A stretch of 64,000 nucleotides of DNA. Origin: Thermoplasmata archaeon (GTDB taxonomy: Archaea; Thermoplasmatota; Thermoplasmata; Lutacidiplasmatales; UBA184). Location of the stretch: positions 2,754 to 66,753 of the forward strand of contig JAKIVT010000002.1 in NCBI GenBank assembly GCA_022750415.1. The letters are read 5' to 3'. The notes beneath the pieces were generated by a model. The model saw only the letters and a list, made by a program, of their open reading frames with translations. It made no database searches and had not been told where the DNA came from. Below, in pieces: positions 1 to 10,121 of this stretch. The stretch's first letter is position 1, and every line of letters begins with the position of its first letter. Both the position numbers and the translations under genes were made by a program.

Positions 1-6
1 GGACCG

Positions 7-477
7 TCAGCCCCGGCGGACCGGCGACTCGGAAACGACGATCCGAGGCAGCTCGCCCTGGATCGCCGGCGTCCGCGGCGTCGGGATCCGCTGGTTCGCG
101 AACCTCGGCAGGAGCCAACGCTCGCCCCACATCCGGAGTTCGCGGGCCGCGGGCGCAAGACCGAGCCCCATCTCCGTCAGCGAATAGACGACGTTGAACG
201 GCCGGGTGCTGACGACGGTCCGTTGCACGACCCCGTTGCTCTCGAGGAACTTCAGCGTCGCGCTCAGCGTCTTCGCGTTCAGGCGCGGGTTCGACTTCAG
301 CATCTCGCTGAACCGCTGCGGTCCCGCGAGGAGCCGGTGGACGATCGCGAGTCGCCATTCGGTGCCAATGACACCCACGGCGGCGATCACGGGGCAGAGC
401 GAGTTCTCGCCGGGAGCGCAGGCTCCGTCCGGGGCTCCCGACGGCGGGACACGGTGGGGGGATTCTCGATAGGACAT
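7..477 (-). CDS. HxlR-family winged-helix transcriptional regulator
   Basis: CPV..A..VIG.EW...I...L..GPQRFSE...L..KTLS..LK.LE..G.V.R......P..V.YSLT..G..L......L..WG signature. Confidence 0.9.
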   Translation of the reverse strand: MSYRESPHRVPPSGAPDGACAPGENSLCPVIAAVGVIGTEWRLAIVHRLLAGPQRFSEMLKSNPRLNAKTLSATLKFLESNGVVQRTVVSTRPFNVVYSLTEMGLGLAPAARELRMWGERWLLPRFANQRIPTPRTPAIQGELPRIVVSESPVRRG

Positions 478-635
478 GGTGACCTCAACTTCCCAAACTC
501 TCGACAGCCCATATATAGTTACCGCACTTTATCACATCGATTGAATCCACTAGATTACCCGAGGTTATCGTCCAACTGGGCGATGCCCCTCTCGAACGCG
601 AATCCCTTTTCCCTCGTCGGGTCTCCTCCGTCGAC

Positions 636-1256
636 GTGACGCTCGAGCGGACCGAGGTCGTGCTGAGCGTCGAGCAGGAGGCCGCCGTTCCGGGGCAGCC
701 CCCGCGCCGCCTCCGACTGGAAGCCCGGTTCGCCGTCGGCTCGCGACCTCCCTCGCCCGCCGAAATCGGGGACGCGATCGGACAACTCGACCGCGAGCTC
801 AGTGAGGCCGCCCGCTTGGCGGGGTTCGCCTCGACGGCACCGGTCCGGGCCGACCGCCCGGTCGCCGAGCTCGTCGAGACGTACCGTCCCAGGCAATCCG
901 AGCTCGTCGAATTGCTCCTCGCGGAGGGCGAGATCAGCGCGGGAGAGGCCGAGGGATTGCGCGCCTACCTCGGGAGCCCCGTCGCCGTCGGAACCCCGGT
1001 CATCCCGCCGCGGGACGAGGTCCCGGTCATGGACCGACCGATTGCCGCCGCACCGCTCGAGAACGACCGGAGCTCGGGGCGGGCGCGCACCGTTTCCGAA
1101 CTGCTCTCGACGTACCGGATCGAGTCGCTCCGCCAAGCCGGCGCCGTGCGGGCTCGACGCCAGATCTCCTTCGAGGAGTATATGGCCCTCAAGCGCCATT
1201 TTGGGCCGTCGGAGCCGGTGCCCTCCCCCTCGGGACCGGAGAACCCCGTCGGCTAG
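636..1256 (+). CDS. hypothetical protein with two copies of a ~40-aa SHOCT-like helical repeat
   Basis: Protein-like composition; internal repeat RPVAELVETYR...GEISAGEAEGLRAYL / RTVSELLSTYR...RQISFEEYMALKRHF. Confidence 0.65.
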   Translation: MTLERTEVVLSVEQEAAVPGQPPRRLRLEARFAVGSRPPSPAEIGDAIGQLDRELSEAARLAGFASTAPVRADRPVAELVETYRPRQSELVELLLAEGEISAGEAEGLRAYLGSPVAVGTPVIPPRDEVPVMDRPIAAAPLENDRSSGRARTVSELLSTYRIESLRQAGAVRARRQISFEEYMALKRHFGPSEPVPSPSGPENPVG

Positions 1257-2512
1257 AACGCGAGTCGCCGGAGGCGGGGAGCCGCCAGGGCGAACGCGGC
1301 GGCGATTCCGACGAGCGCAAGACCCACCACCCACCCGACGGTGAGGACCGGAAGGAGGACGAGCAGCGCCCCGAGCGCAACGGCGCCCGCGGCTCTCCCC
1401 GTTCCGCGGAAGAGGTAGTGGTTCGTCAGCGTCCGGCCGACGAGGTCGGACCGCGTGGTCGCCTGGAGGTACACGAGCACGCCCTGGTAGAACACCACGT
1501 CGATGGCGCCGACCGCGAACCACAGCGGGGCCGAGAACGAACCGAGCGGGGCGGCCACGACCGAGGCGACGAGGAGAACCCCCTCCACCGCCGCGCCGGC
1601 GAAGAGCAAGATCCCCAGCTTGGCCCGCGGGTTGACCGCCCCGAGGGCGACCGAGCCGACCACCGTGCCGATGGCGAACGCGGTGAACAGAACGCCGTAC
1701 GTGCTCACCCCACCGGCGAGGCGGCCGTTCGCGACGGCGAGAATGAGGAGCGGCGGACCGGCGCTGAACAGCCCCTCGGCGGCCGAGAACGAGCCGAGCG
1801 CCACCAGCGGCCGTCCCCCGCCGTCCACGAACGAGCGGAACCCGTCGACGAGCTCCCGGAACCACGCCCGGGCCGCCCCCGCCTGCGGCACGACGACCGG
1901 GATCGCGAAGGCGGCGGCCGCGAAGTTCAGAAGTCCGTAGAGGACCGGCCCCGACGCCGGGCTCAGGAACAGGATGAGCGCGGCCCCGGCGGCGTACCCC
2001 GCGACCTGGTTCCCCCCGGAAACGGCCGAGAGGAGCGCGTTCGCGGGGAACAGTTCGTCCGGCCCGACGATCTTGGGCGGGATCGAAAGGGAGGCGGTCC
2101 ACGTGAAGTCCCACAGCCAGGAGAGGGCGACGACGAGCACGAGGAGGACCGGCACGGTGAGCGAACCGGTGGCGGCGAGATACCCGAGGAGGAGGGCCAG
2201 CACCCCTTGGACCGGATACCCGAGGAGAAGGATCGTCCGCAGGTCCCGGACCCGGTCGACGACCGGACCGGCCAAGAACGACAGCGCGTACACCCCGAAC
2301 TCGACGCCCAGGACGAGGCCGGCGATGGCGAGGCTCCCCGAGATCCGGAGCGCGAGCCAGGGGATCGCGATCGCGTAGACCGCGTACCCCGCGTCGCCCG
2401 CGGCTTGCGAGGCGAAGTACCAACCGAACCGCCGGTGGCGGAAGACCCGCCGGTACCCGGCGAGGGACCCGGGGGGGATGGGGGCCGAGCGCTCGAGTTC
2501 GGGGGCGCTCAC
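1253..2512 (-). CDS. MFS transporter
   Basis: About 12 hydrophobic segments; motif A-like GPVVDRVRDLR; GTG start overlaps the upstream stop (GTGA). Confidence 0.88.
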   Translation of the reverse strand: MSAPELERSAPIPPGSLAGYRRVFRHRRFGWYFASQAAGDAGYAVYAIAIPWLALRISGSLAIAGLVLGVEFGVYALSFLAGPVVDRVRDLRTILLLGYPVQGVLALLLGYLAATGSLTVPVLLVLVVALSWLWDFTWTASLSIPPKIVGPDELFPANALLSAVSGGNQVAGYAAGAALILFLSPASGPVLYGLLNFAAAAFAIPVVVPQAGAARAWFRELVDGFRSFVDGGGRPLVALGSFSAAEGLFSAGPPLLILAVANGRLAGGVSTYGVLFTAFAIGTVVGSVALGAVNPRAKLGILLFAGAAVEGVLLVASVVAAPLGSFSAPLWFAVGAIDVVFYQGVLVYLQATTRSDLVGRTLTNHYLFRGTGRAAGAVALGALLVLLPVLTVGWVVGLALVGIAAAFALAAPRLRRLAF

Positions 2513-3819
2513 CCCCCGGTCTCCCGGGGCGCGAACGCGACGAGGAGGCAACCGACGTCGGTGATGCCGGAGCGCATGGGCACCGGGCGCGGGACGACCG
2601 GCGTCCCGGGGATGGCCGCGTCGACGACGACGCCGGCCGCCCCGGGCGGCTCGCCGAGCGCGCTCGTCTGGTACGCGCCGACCGACATGCCACGGCGCCG
2701 GATCCGCGCCGCGGCCGCCTGAACGAACGCGGGGAACTCCCGCCGCTCGTCGCCTCCTTCGGGGACCTCGAACGTGGCCGGGGCGAACACGACGATCCCT
2801 TTCGTGTTCGCGTTCCCATCGCCGAGCCCGCGGGCGACGACCTCATCGACCCGGTCGAGGAACGTCGCCGCCGCGGCCGCCGGCCTGCCCGGGATCGACA
2901 TGGCCGCGAGGCGGGAGGTGTACCCGCGTCCCGAGATCGCGTCGCCCGCGGACCGCAAGGCGTCGGACGGGCCGGCGACCGCGACCGGACGATGGACGCT
3001 CGGGCTCATGCCCGAGGGCAGAGTACTGTCCGGAGCGAGCGAATCCCGCGCCGCCAGCGGGAGCCCCGCGAACAGGCCGAGCCGCTGCAGGATGGCGCGG
3101 GCCGCGACTCGCTCCGCCGGGATGATTGCGCTGGCCGGCCCCCCTCCCACGAGGACTCCGCCATCGCCCCGTTCGACGACCAGGGTCACCACGTCGGCCC
3201 GGCCGCCGGCGCGCCCGACCCCGCCGCCGACGCCCCCCGTGCCGAGGGCCCGTACGACGTCGGCGACCTCCCGGGCCGTGGCGCCAGCGTCGGACAGCGA
3301 GCCGAGCCACCGGTTCCAGGACGCAGCGTCGAGTCCCGGAGGAGGCGCCGCGAGCGAGACCACGGACCCCGGCGTTACCAGCAGCACGAGGAGGTCCTTC
3401 TCCCCGAGCCCCTGCGCGAGCTCGAGGACGTCGGAAAGGACCTCGGCCGTCCCCGCTTGGCCGGGACGGCCCGGTAGGACCCGGGTCGCACGGAACGGGA
3501 TCTCCGGGGGAAGCGGGTTCGGCCCGGCGACGAACCCCTGGGTGATGGCCAGGCCAAGGGCGTCGTGGGCTCCGTACGCCGCGGACACCGCCGCGTGGCC
3601 CAGGGAAACGAAGGCGATCTCCCGGTACTTCGCGAGCGTCACGAACCGGTTCCCGAGCCGCACGATCGCCCCGTCCCGCCGGAGCGCCGAACGGACCCCG
3701 TGGTACGCGTCGGCCCCCTCGACGGCGGCGCGAAACGCCACGGCGTGAATCGCGTCCCGGCCCTTCGCCTCGATCGGAGGCGGACCCGGGAACGGGTTGA
3801 ACAGGGTCGGCTGGGTCAC
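2509..3819 (-). CDS. glycerate 2-kinase (DUF4147/MOFRL)-like protein, divergent
   Basis: FRAAVEGAD.Y, VSLGHAA (cf. GKAA) and LAQGLGEKDLLVLLV match the family N-terminus; canonical catalytic motifs are degenerate. Confidence 0.65.
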   Translation of the reverse strand: MTQPTLFNPFPGPPPIEAKGRDAIHAVAFRAAVEGADAYHGVRSALRRDGAIVRLGNRFVTLAKYREIAFVSLGHAAVSAAYGAHDALGLAITQGFVAGPNPLPPEIPFRATRVLPGRPGQAGTAEVLSDVLELAQGLGEKDLLVLLVTPGSVVSLAAPPPGLDAASWNRWLGSLSDAGATAREVADVVRALGTGGVGGGVGRAGGRADVVTLVVERGDGGVLVGGGPASAIIPAERVAARAILQRLGLFAGLPLAARDSLAPDSTLPSGMSPSVHRPVAVAGPSDALRSAGDAISGRGYTSRLAAMSIPGRPAAAAATFLDRVDEVVARGLGDGNANTKGIVVFAPATFEVPEGGDERREFPAFVQAAAARIRRRGMSVGAYQTSALGEPPGAAGVVVDAAIPGTPVVPRPVPMRSGITDVGCLLVAFAPRETGG

Positions 3820-3879
3820 GCCGGGCCGAGCGGCGAGGGAAGGTTACGGTTTGCCTGCCGGCGCCGGCCGACGCGGCGG

Positions 3880-5046
3880 TCAGCCCGGTTGGAGCCCCTC
3901 GGCCTCGGTGCTCCGGTGCGGGTCGAGGAACCGCCCCGGGGAGAAGAGCGCGGGGTCGAGGTCGGTGCGTTCGCCGAGAACGGCCTGCGCGACCCGCTTC
4001 GACGACGCCGGCGATAGCATGAAGCCGTGGCCGCTGAACCCGTTCGCGTGGAAGAACCCGGGGAGGCGGGGGTCTTCGCCGATGACGGGGAATCCGTCCG
4101 GTGTGTCGTCGTAGTACCCCGACCACGCGCGGAGGACGCCGACGGGGGCGAGCGAGGGAACGAGCCGGACCATCGAGCGAGACATGGTGCGGAGAAAGGT
4201 GGTGGACGTCGGAACGCCGGCGCGGGTGCCGGTCGGGTGCGGCACGCTCAGCCCGCCGACGACCTCGCCCCGCATCGTTTGGGAGAAGTACAGGCCGTCG
4301 GAGAGCCGGATCACCATCGGATCGAGGAACGGCTTGAGGGGCTCGGTCGCGAGGATCTCGTGGCGGCTCGCGACGTTCGGCACCGAAAGGCCGGCGAGGC
4401 GGCTCACGTCGCCCGACCAGCCCCCGGCCGCGTTGACCACGATAGGCGCTTCGACCGGGCCTCCGGTCGTCGCGAGACCGACCACACGACCCCCCTCGGC
4501 GCGGACGCCGGTCACTTCCACGCCCAGACGGACTTCGCCGCCGAGGGCGCGGACCGCCTCGTAGACCCCCCAAACGCCGGGGAACGGGTACAACGTCCCG
4601 TCGGTCTTGAGGAACGTCGCCCCGAGGATTCCGTCGAGCGAGAGCGACGGGGCGTAGCGGAGTACCCCGCTGGGCTCGAGGAGTCGTCCATCGAGCCCCT
4701 CCGACCGGACCGCCTCCGTGACCTGTCCGAGCCGGGTCACCTCGGCCGGGCTCGCGGCGAGGAACAGGTACCCTCCTTGACGGAACCAGACGTTGGTGCC
4801 GAACTCCCGGCCGAACTGCTTCCAATCCTGCACCGCCTCGCGCATGAGGCGGACCGTCACGCGGGAGTCCCACTGCTGACGGACCCCGCCGCCATTGCGG
4901 CCGGAGGCGCCGGACGAAAGGAACCCGCGCTCGAGCACCACGACGGGACCGGCGCCGGCCCGGAGCAGCCGGTACGCGGTGAACAGGCCGACGATCCCGC
5001 CCCCGATGATGGCGACCTGGTACGTGCGGCGTTCGGGGGCGTTCAC
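3880..5046 (-). CDS. FAD-dependent oxidoreductase, sarcosine oxidase / dye-linked L-proline dehydrogenase beta-subunit family
   Basis: IIGGGIVG FAD motif, GASGRNGGGVRQQW, RAWSGYYDDTPDG.PVIG, GFSGHGFM; GTG start coupled to the alpha-subunit stop. Confidence 0.9.
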   Translation of the reverse strand: MNAPERRTYQVAIIGGGIVGLFTAYRLLRAGAGPVVVLERGFLSSGASGRNGGGVRQQWDSRVTVRLMREAVQDWKQFGREFGTNVWFRQGGYLFLAASPAEVTRLGQVTEAVRSEGLDGRLLEPSGVLRYAPSLSLDGILGATFLKTDGTLYPFPGVWGVYEAVRALGGEVRLGVEVTGVRAEGGRVVGLATTGGPVEAPIVVNAAGGWSGDVSRLAGLSVPNVASRHEILATEPLKPFLDPMVIRLSDGLYFSQTMRGEVVGGLSVPHPTGTRAGVPTSTTFLRTMSRSMVRLVPSLAPVGVLRAWSGYYDDTPDGFPVIGEDPRLPGFFHANGFSGHGFMLSPASSKRVAQAVLGERTDLDPALFSPGRFLDPHRSTEAEGLQPG

Positions 5047-6662
5047 GGTGTCGCCTCGACCTCGTCCGGCAATCCGGCAAACGCCCCGAGCGGGGTCGGG
5101 ACGACCGGCGGCCGCTGGGTGATGTACCCGACCTCGCGCGGCGTGCGATGCTCGCGGAGGGCGAGGACCAGGAGCGCGTCGGGGAGGCAGTACCGGCCTT
5201 GGCAGAGCCCCGTTCCCACGCCCGTGTACCGCTTGATGACCTCGATCCCCCGGTACCCTCGCTCGGTCGCCTCGAGGAGCTCGCCCAGGAGGACGTCTTC
5301 GCACGGGCAGATCACGACCTTGCCGGGGCCCGGGCCGGCGGTCAGGAGCTCCTGGTAGTACCCCTCAAGCTCATTGTGCTCGTCGGAGGGAGGCGAGGGC
5401 GTCGGCCGGGATCCCGGTCCGGGGGCTAGCGCGGAGGTCGCGGCCGCAATCCCGCTCTCGCGAGCCCGGTCGGGCGAGGCTGCTCCGGCGGATTCGCCGG
5501 CGGCGAAGAGGCCAGGGACGGTGGTCGCGCCCGCCCCCCCGACCACGGGGCCGTACGCTCCGACGCCGGGCCGCCATTCCATCTGGGCGCCGGCCTGGAA
5601 GAACAATTGGGGGTGGGGGAGGCGACGGTGCGCGAGGATGACGGCGTCCGCCTCGAGGCGGAACGGAGGTTGGTCTCCGCCCCGACGGGCCAGCCGGACC
5701 CCTCGAACGGCCCGCCGGCCGACCGCTGCGAGGAGGAGCGTCCGGGGGAAGAGAGGGATATCGAGCTCCGAGGCCTTCCGGGCGACGTCGGGGTCGATCG
5801 AACCGGGGGCGACGACCGCGTCGGTCTGGGCCCCGAACCGTTCGAGGATTTGGAAGGCGCGGGGGCCGCCACCAAAGACGACGGCGTGCGAGAAATCCGG
5901 CCGCACCGCCGGGTGCAGCCGCTCCGCGCCCTCGGCCGTGACCACGCCGGGGCGGTCGCTTCCCGCGAACCAGAGGGAGGCATCGTACCCTCCGACGGCC
6001 ACCACGACGGTCCGCGCTCGGACGTCGATCGCCGAACCGTCGGAGACGCTCGCGATCAGCTCGAACGGGCGGGGCCCGGACTCCCGCGGAGGCGGCAGGA
6101 AGACCGCGGTCGTGCGACCGAGACACTCCGCCCCGGCGATCGGAGTTGGTACCGGCTCTCTCTCGAGGACGAGCGGGCGAACCCCCTCGGCGACGAAGGT
6201 CTCGACCGCGGCCCGACCGGCGGTCCCGGCTCCGAGCACGAGGACATCGGTCTCCATCGACCGTCCCGGTGCCGGTCGGGGGGGAAGCGAGGGAGTCGGG
6301 AACGCCCCGGTTCCGGCCAGTCGTCGCACGACCCGTTGGTACCACGGCACGGCGAAGGCCGGGCGACGGAATCCGCGCAACGTGTCGATGCCGTGCGGGA
6401 ACAGGACATCGAACACCCCCAGGATGTCGAAGCGGGCCGATGGCCACGCATTCTCCACCGTCATCACGTCCCCCGGGGCGGCGTCGTAACGGCACGACCG
6501 AACGTTCGGAACGCCATTCACGCGGACGAGGCAGTTGGTGCAGTACCCGACGCCGCAGAAGGGAGCCCTCGGCCGGTGGTACCGGGTCGACCGCGTCCGC
6601 GGCGGCAGTCGCCGGAGATCGGGGCGGCCGGCCGTCGGTCCAGGAACGAGCACCGGTTCCAT
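5043..6662 (-). CDS. 2Fe-2S/FAD oxidoreductase, proline dehydrogenase / sarcosine oxidase alpha-subunit family
   Basis: YHRPR.PFCGVGYCTNCLVRVNG.PNVRSC, VLGAGTAG, C-terminal ICPCEDV...KRYTGVGTGLCQGRYC...TQRPP; start uncertain. Confidence 0.88.
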   Translation of the reverse strand: MEPVLVPGPTAGRPDLRRLPPRTRSTRYHRPRAPFCGVGYCTNCLVRVNGVPNVRSCRYDAAPGDVMTVENAWPSARFDILGVFDVLFPHGIDTLRGFRRPAFAVPWYQRVVRRLAGTGAFPTPSLPPRPAPGRSMETDVLVLGAGTAGRAAVETFVAEGVRPLVLEREPVPTPIAGAECLGRTTAVFLPPPRESGPRPFELIASVSDGSAIDVRARTVVVAVGGYDASLWFAGSDRPGVVTAEGAERLHPAVRPDFSHAVVFGGGPRAFQILERFGAQTDAVVAPGSIDPDVARKASELDIPLFPRTLLLAAVGRRAVRGVRLARRGGDQPPFRLEADAVILAHRRLPHPQLFFQAGAQMEWRPGVGAYGPVVGGAGATTVPGLFAAGESAGAASPDRARESGIAAATSALAPGPGSRPTPSPPSDEHNELEGYYQELLTAGPGPGKVVICPCEDVLLGELLEATERGYRGIEVIKRYTGVGTGLCQGRYCLPDALLVLALREHRTPREVGYITQRPPVVPTPLGAFAGLPDEVEATP

Positions 6663-6919
6663 TCGGGTCGGTCGGCGCCAGCGTCCGCGCGGCTCTTTAG
6701 ACCGACCCCGCCGGGGGGGGCCGCCGGCGAAGCCGAGGCGCGCCGGCTCCCCGATTCCTGGGGGGAACTCCAGGATACTACGTGCTCGGCCGGAAACGGA
6801 GGATTCATTCCCCCCGCGGGGTTCGCAGGTCGATGGCTGCGCGACCTTCGGGCCGGACCTCACCCGGCTCCGGGAGCCCGTCCCCGCGAGCGGGTCGTCG
6901 CCGCTTCCGAATGGGAATC

Positions 6920-7648
6920 ATGAAGGCCACTAGCCTGGCAAGCCTCGGCCTGCTGGTCCTGATGCTCGCCTCCCCCAGCGTCGGGGCAGTCTCGATTGGT
7001 CCGAAGTACCACACCCAGTGCTACGGGACGCAACAGGGGACCGTCTACCGGACGCAGGTGGGAACGTACCTGGGTGGAACCTGGAAGAACAACTTCTCCT
7101 CCGGCCACTTGGGCCTCGGGCACCAGGCGGCGACCTCGACGGGGTCCTGGTCGACCTACGAGACCTTGGGATGGATTTCGATGGGGCCCGGCCCGACGAA
7201 CGGCCTCTGCTTCACGCCGTCCTCGGTCCGGACGAACGCGTCGTTCACCTTCTCGAACGTCTCATTCTTTGCGAATGTGTCGGCCATCTGCACCGCCGGT
7301 GACAATGGGTCGGCGGCCGCCTCGTTCCATCTGTGGCTTCAGGGCGACTTCTACGACCTGACCACCGCGAAGTTCGTCTGGGGCACCACGCACCTGACGA
7401 GTCTCGTCGCCTCGATCGGCGTGCACTGCCCGGGCACGGGGGTGTATTCGTTCGCGAAATTGTACTCGATCCCCTCGATCACGCTCTCGGGCCACACGCG
7501 AGGGCTTTCGACGTCGGACCAGTACTGGTACATCGTCAACACGGACCTGCTGACGAGGGCCTCCGCGAATGGGCTGGGAAGCAGTGCCCATGCTTCCGTC
7601 TCCAAAGTTTCCATGACGCTGACCGGCATCGCGTGCCGGAGCTGTTGA
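6920..7648 (+). CDS. secreted hypothetical protein (Ser/Thr/Cys-rich, beta-rich)
   Basis: N-terminal signal peptide MKATSLASLGLLVLMLASPSVGA; protein-like composition. Confidence 0.7.
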   Translation: MKATSLASLGLLVLMLASPSVGAVSIGPKYHTQCYGTQQGTVYRTQVGTYLGGTWKNNFSSGHLGLGHQAATSTGSWSTYETLGWISMGPGPTNGLCFTPSSVRTNASFTFSNVSFFANVSAICTAGDNGSAAASFHLWLQGDFYDLTTAKFVWGTTHLTSLVASIGVHCPGTGVYSFAKLYSIPSITLSGHTRGLSTSDQYWYIVNTDLLTRASANGLGSSAHASVSKVSMTLTGIACRSC

Positions 7649-7775
7649 GGTAGCCGGGCGCCCGGGAATCTCCCTCGGGCCACCGGATTGCCTCCGGACC
7701 GGCCCGGCTGACGCCCACCGGAATCCCCCTCGCAAATTCGGTTCTAGCTTGGATTCCCCTCGGGGTTCCCGCAAT

Positions 7776-7790
7776 TCTATATAGTATAGA
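7776..7790. promoter_or_regulatory. AT-rich quasi-palindrome (TCTATATAGTATAGA) upstream of phoU; candidate TATA box/operator
   Basis: AT-rich island about 20-35 bp upstream of the ATG in a GC-rich background. Confidence 0.45.
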
Positions 7791-7811
7791 GACGGGTCGT
7801 CGCCCCCTCCG

Positions 7812-8873
7812 ATGCGCAGCACAGGCGGGTTCCACGGCCGCCGGATCCAGAAGACGGGAGGGTCGACGTACATCATCTCCCTTCCGAAGAACTGGGTGAC
7901 GAGCCGGGGCCTCCACGAGGGGGACGTCCTCCTGTTCTCCCCCCGTTCGGACGGATCCATCACGCTGTACGCGGACGAGGGACCGCGCGCGGACTCGGTG
8001 AAGCGTTCGATCGAGGTCTCGAACGACATGGACGAGGACCACCTGTTCCGGCGGCTGATCGCCGAGTACATCGCGGGCGCCCCGCTCCTCGAGATCCGAA
8101 CTCCGGGACGGATGAGCCCGAGGACGCGGAACATCGTCCGCGGCTTCGCCCAGCGGATGATCGGGCCGGAGATCCTGGAAGAGACCGCCGACGCCGTCGT
8201 TCTGCAGGATGTGGTGGGCGCGAACCCCCTTCCGATTCCATCGGTCATCCGACGGATGCACCAGATGGTGCGGGCGATGCAGTCCGACGCCATGGCCGCG
8301 TTCCACGGCCGCGACGCCTCGATCGCGAAGGACGTCGTCGAACGGGACTGGGAGGTCGACCGACTCCACTGGTTCGTCGAAAAGCAGGTGACGATGGCAT
8401 TGCGGGACGCCCGCGCCCTCACGAGCCTCGGACTCACGCTCCCCGATTGCGCGACCTACCTTCTCGCCTCGCGGGTCCTCGAGCGGATCGCCGACCACGC
8501 GGTGAAGATCGCCGAGACCGTCGAAATGCTCGGGAAGGAGGAACCCCCGACGTCGGTCGTCGAATCGCTCGACAAGCTCCACGCGATCGCGGCGAACGGG
8601 CTCTCGGAGGCGCTCGACGCGCTCGACTCCGGGGACATTGCCCGGGCGAACGCGGTCGTCGACGTCGCCCACCGGGTCACCCGGGAACGGGAGAAGATCC
8701 TGCACGAGCTCGCGACCAAGCGCGGGCGGCTCGCGGTCGCCCTCGCCTACGTGCTCGAAAGCGTCGAGAGGAGCGCCTCGTACGCGAGCGACCTCGCCGA
8801 GATCGCGATCAACCACGCCGTGGCGCTTCGAGATTCGGCGCCTCCGGTCGCCGCATCCACCGGAAAGAGCTGA
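7812..8873 (+). CDS. phoU: phosphate uptake regulator PhoU with N-terminal AbrB-like domain (archaeal type)
   Basis: RRIQKTGGSTYIISLPKNW N-terminus; ERD.EVDRL, LERIADHA and ESVERSASY..D.AEIAIN PhoU repeats. Confidence 0.92.
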   Translation: MRSTGGFHGRRIQKTGGSTYIISLPKNWVTSRGLHEGDVLLFSPRSDGSITLYADEGPRADSVKRSIEVSNDMDEDHLFRRLIAEYIAGAPLLEIRTPGRMSPRTRNIVRGFAQRMIGPEILEETADAVVLQDVVGANPLPIPSVIRRMHQMVRAMQSDAMAAFHGRDASIAKDVVERDWEVDRLHWFVEKQVTMALRDARALTSLGLTLPDCATYLLASRVLERIADHAVKIAETVEMLGKEEPPTSVVESLDKLHAIAANGLSEALDALDSGDIARANAVVDVAHRVTREREKILHELATKRGRLAVALAYVLESVERSASYASDLAEIAINHAVALRDSAPPVAASTGKS

Positions 8874-8937
8874 CGACCCCCGGCGGCCGAAGGGCCCCTG
8901 GGACGACGGGCGAAACGGAACGCCGGTCGCGCCCGGT

Positions 8938-10095
8938 CTAGAACGTCACCGCGGCGCCGTCCCAGGCGGCGTCCAGGAGCCGGCCGAGCTCTTCCTCGGA
9001 CGGGACCCGGGGGTTCGAGACCGCGGACGGGGTCCGCACGGCGTGGGCGATGGCGAGGGTCCGTCCGCTCCCCGCGCGCAGCCGATCGACCCCGGCCTCG
9101 GCAAGCGTCTTCGGGATCCCGAGCGGAGCGAGCACGGCGCGCAACCGCTCGGCGAGGGCGCTCCGGTTGGCCGCGAGCGGGGGACCGAGCGGACCGGTGA
9201 GGCGAGTATACCGGTCGCGCGCGCTCGGATAGTTGAACTCGGTCGCGTACGGGAGCAGGATCCCCACCAGTCGACCGTGGGCGAGCCCGGTCGACGGGCC
9301 GAGGGCCCGAGCGAGGGCGTGGGCCACCCCCAGCTGCGCGTTCGACGCCGCCAAGCCGGCGAGAGACGCCGCGTGGTGGAGCGCCCCGCGAGCGTCGTCG
9401 TCGTCCGGGTGCTTGGCGAGTTTGGGAAGGGCCGTCAGCGCCGTGGCGAGCGCGTCCCGCGCCGCCGCGTCGGAGAACGGGTTCGCCCACTCCGAGCCGA
9501 TCGCCTCGACGGCATGGCCGAGCAATTGGGCGGCGGCGTCGGCCCGCACGGGTGGGGGAGCGGAGTGGGCGAGGGACTCGTCGAGGAGAGCCCAATCGGG
9601 AACGAGCTCTCGGGTCGCGAGGTCGACCGGTCGGCCGTCGGGAGCGCGAAGTTCGGCAGTCCAGGTCGCCTCGCTGCCGCTCCCGCTCGTGGTCGGGATC
9701 GCAATGAGCCCGGCGCGCGAGCGCAACCCGAGCTCGACGAGCGGGGTGATCGTTTCGAGCGGGATCTCGGGCCGGACGTACCGGACCCAGAGCGCCTTCG
9801 CGGTGTCGATCGTGCTCCCGCCCCCAAAGGCAACGAACACGTCCGGAGCGGCCGAACGTACCGAGTCGACGCCCCGCTCCACGTCCCCGATCGTCGGTCC
9901 GATCGTCACGTCGGAGAACGTCGAGGCGACGGCGCCGTCGACCTTCTCGAGTTCTTCGACGACCCGTCGGAGTCTGATCGACCCGGCAAGAGCGGGGTCG
10001 GCGACCACCAGCGGTCGCCGGCTCCCGAGCCCGCTGAGCGTCTCAATCGCGCCCGGGCCGAAGACGACCCGCGGCGAAGTGAAGACGCCCTGCAT
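8938..10095 (-). CDS. iron-containing alcohol dehydrogenase family protein
   Basis: F.SPRVVFGPGA, AFGGGSTIDTAK, IAIPTTSGSGSEAT, HAVEA, GVAHAL, HG. Confidence 0.9.
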   Translation of the reverse strand: MQGVFTSPRVVFGPGAIETLSGLGSRRPLVVADPALAGSIRLRRVVEELEKVDGAVASTFSDVTIGPTIGDVERGVDSVRSAAPDVFVAFGGGSTIDTAKALWVRYVRPEIPLETITPLVELGLRSRAGLIAIPTTSGSGSEATWTAELRAPDGRPVDLATRELVPDWALLDESLAHSAPPPVRADAAAQLLGHAVEAIGSEWANPFSDAAARDALATALTALPKLAKHPDDDDARGALHHAASLAGLAASNAQLGVAHALARALGPSTGLAHGRLVGILLPYATEFNYPSARDRYTRLTGPLGPPLAANRSALAERLRAVLAPLGIPKTLAEAGVDRLRAGSGRTLAIAHAVRTPSAVSNPRVPSEEELGRLLDAAWDGAAVTF

Positions 10096-10121
10096 CGACG
10101 GCCCGAATCCCGGACGTCGGC

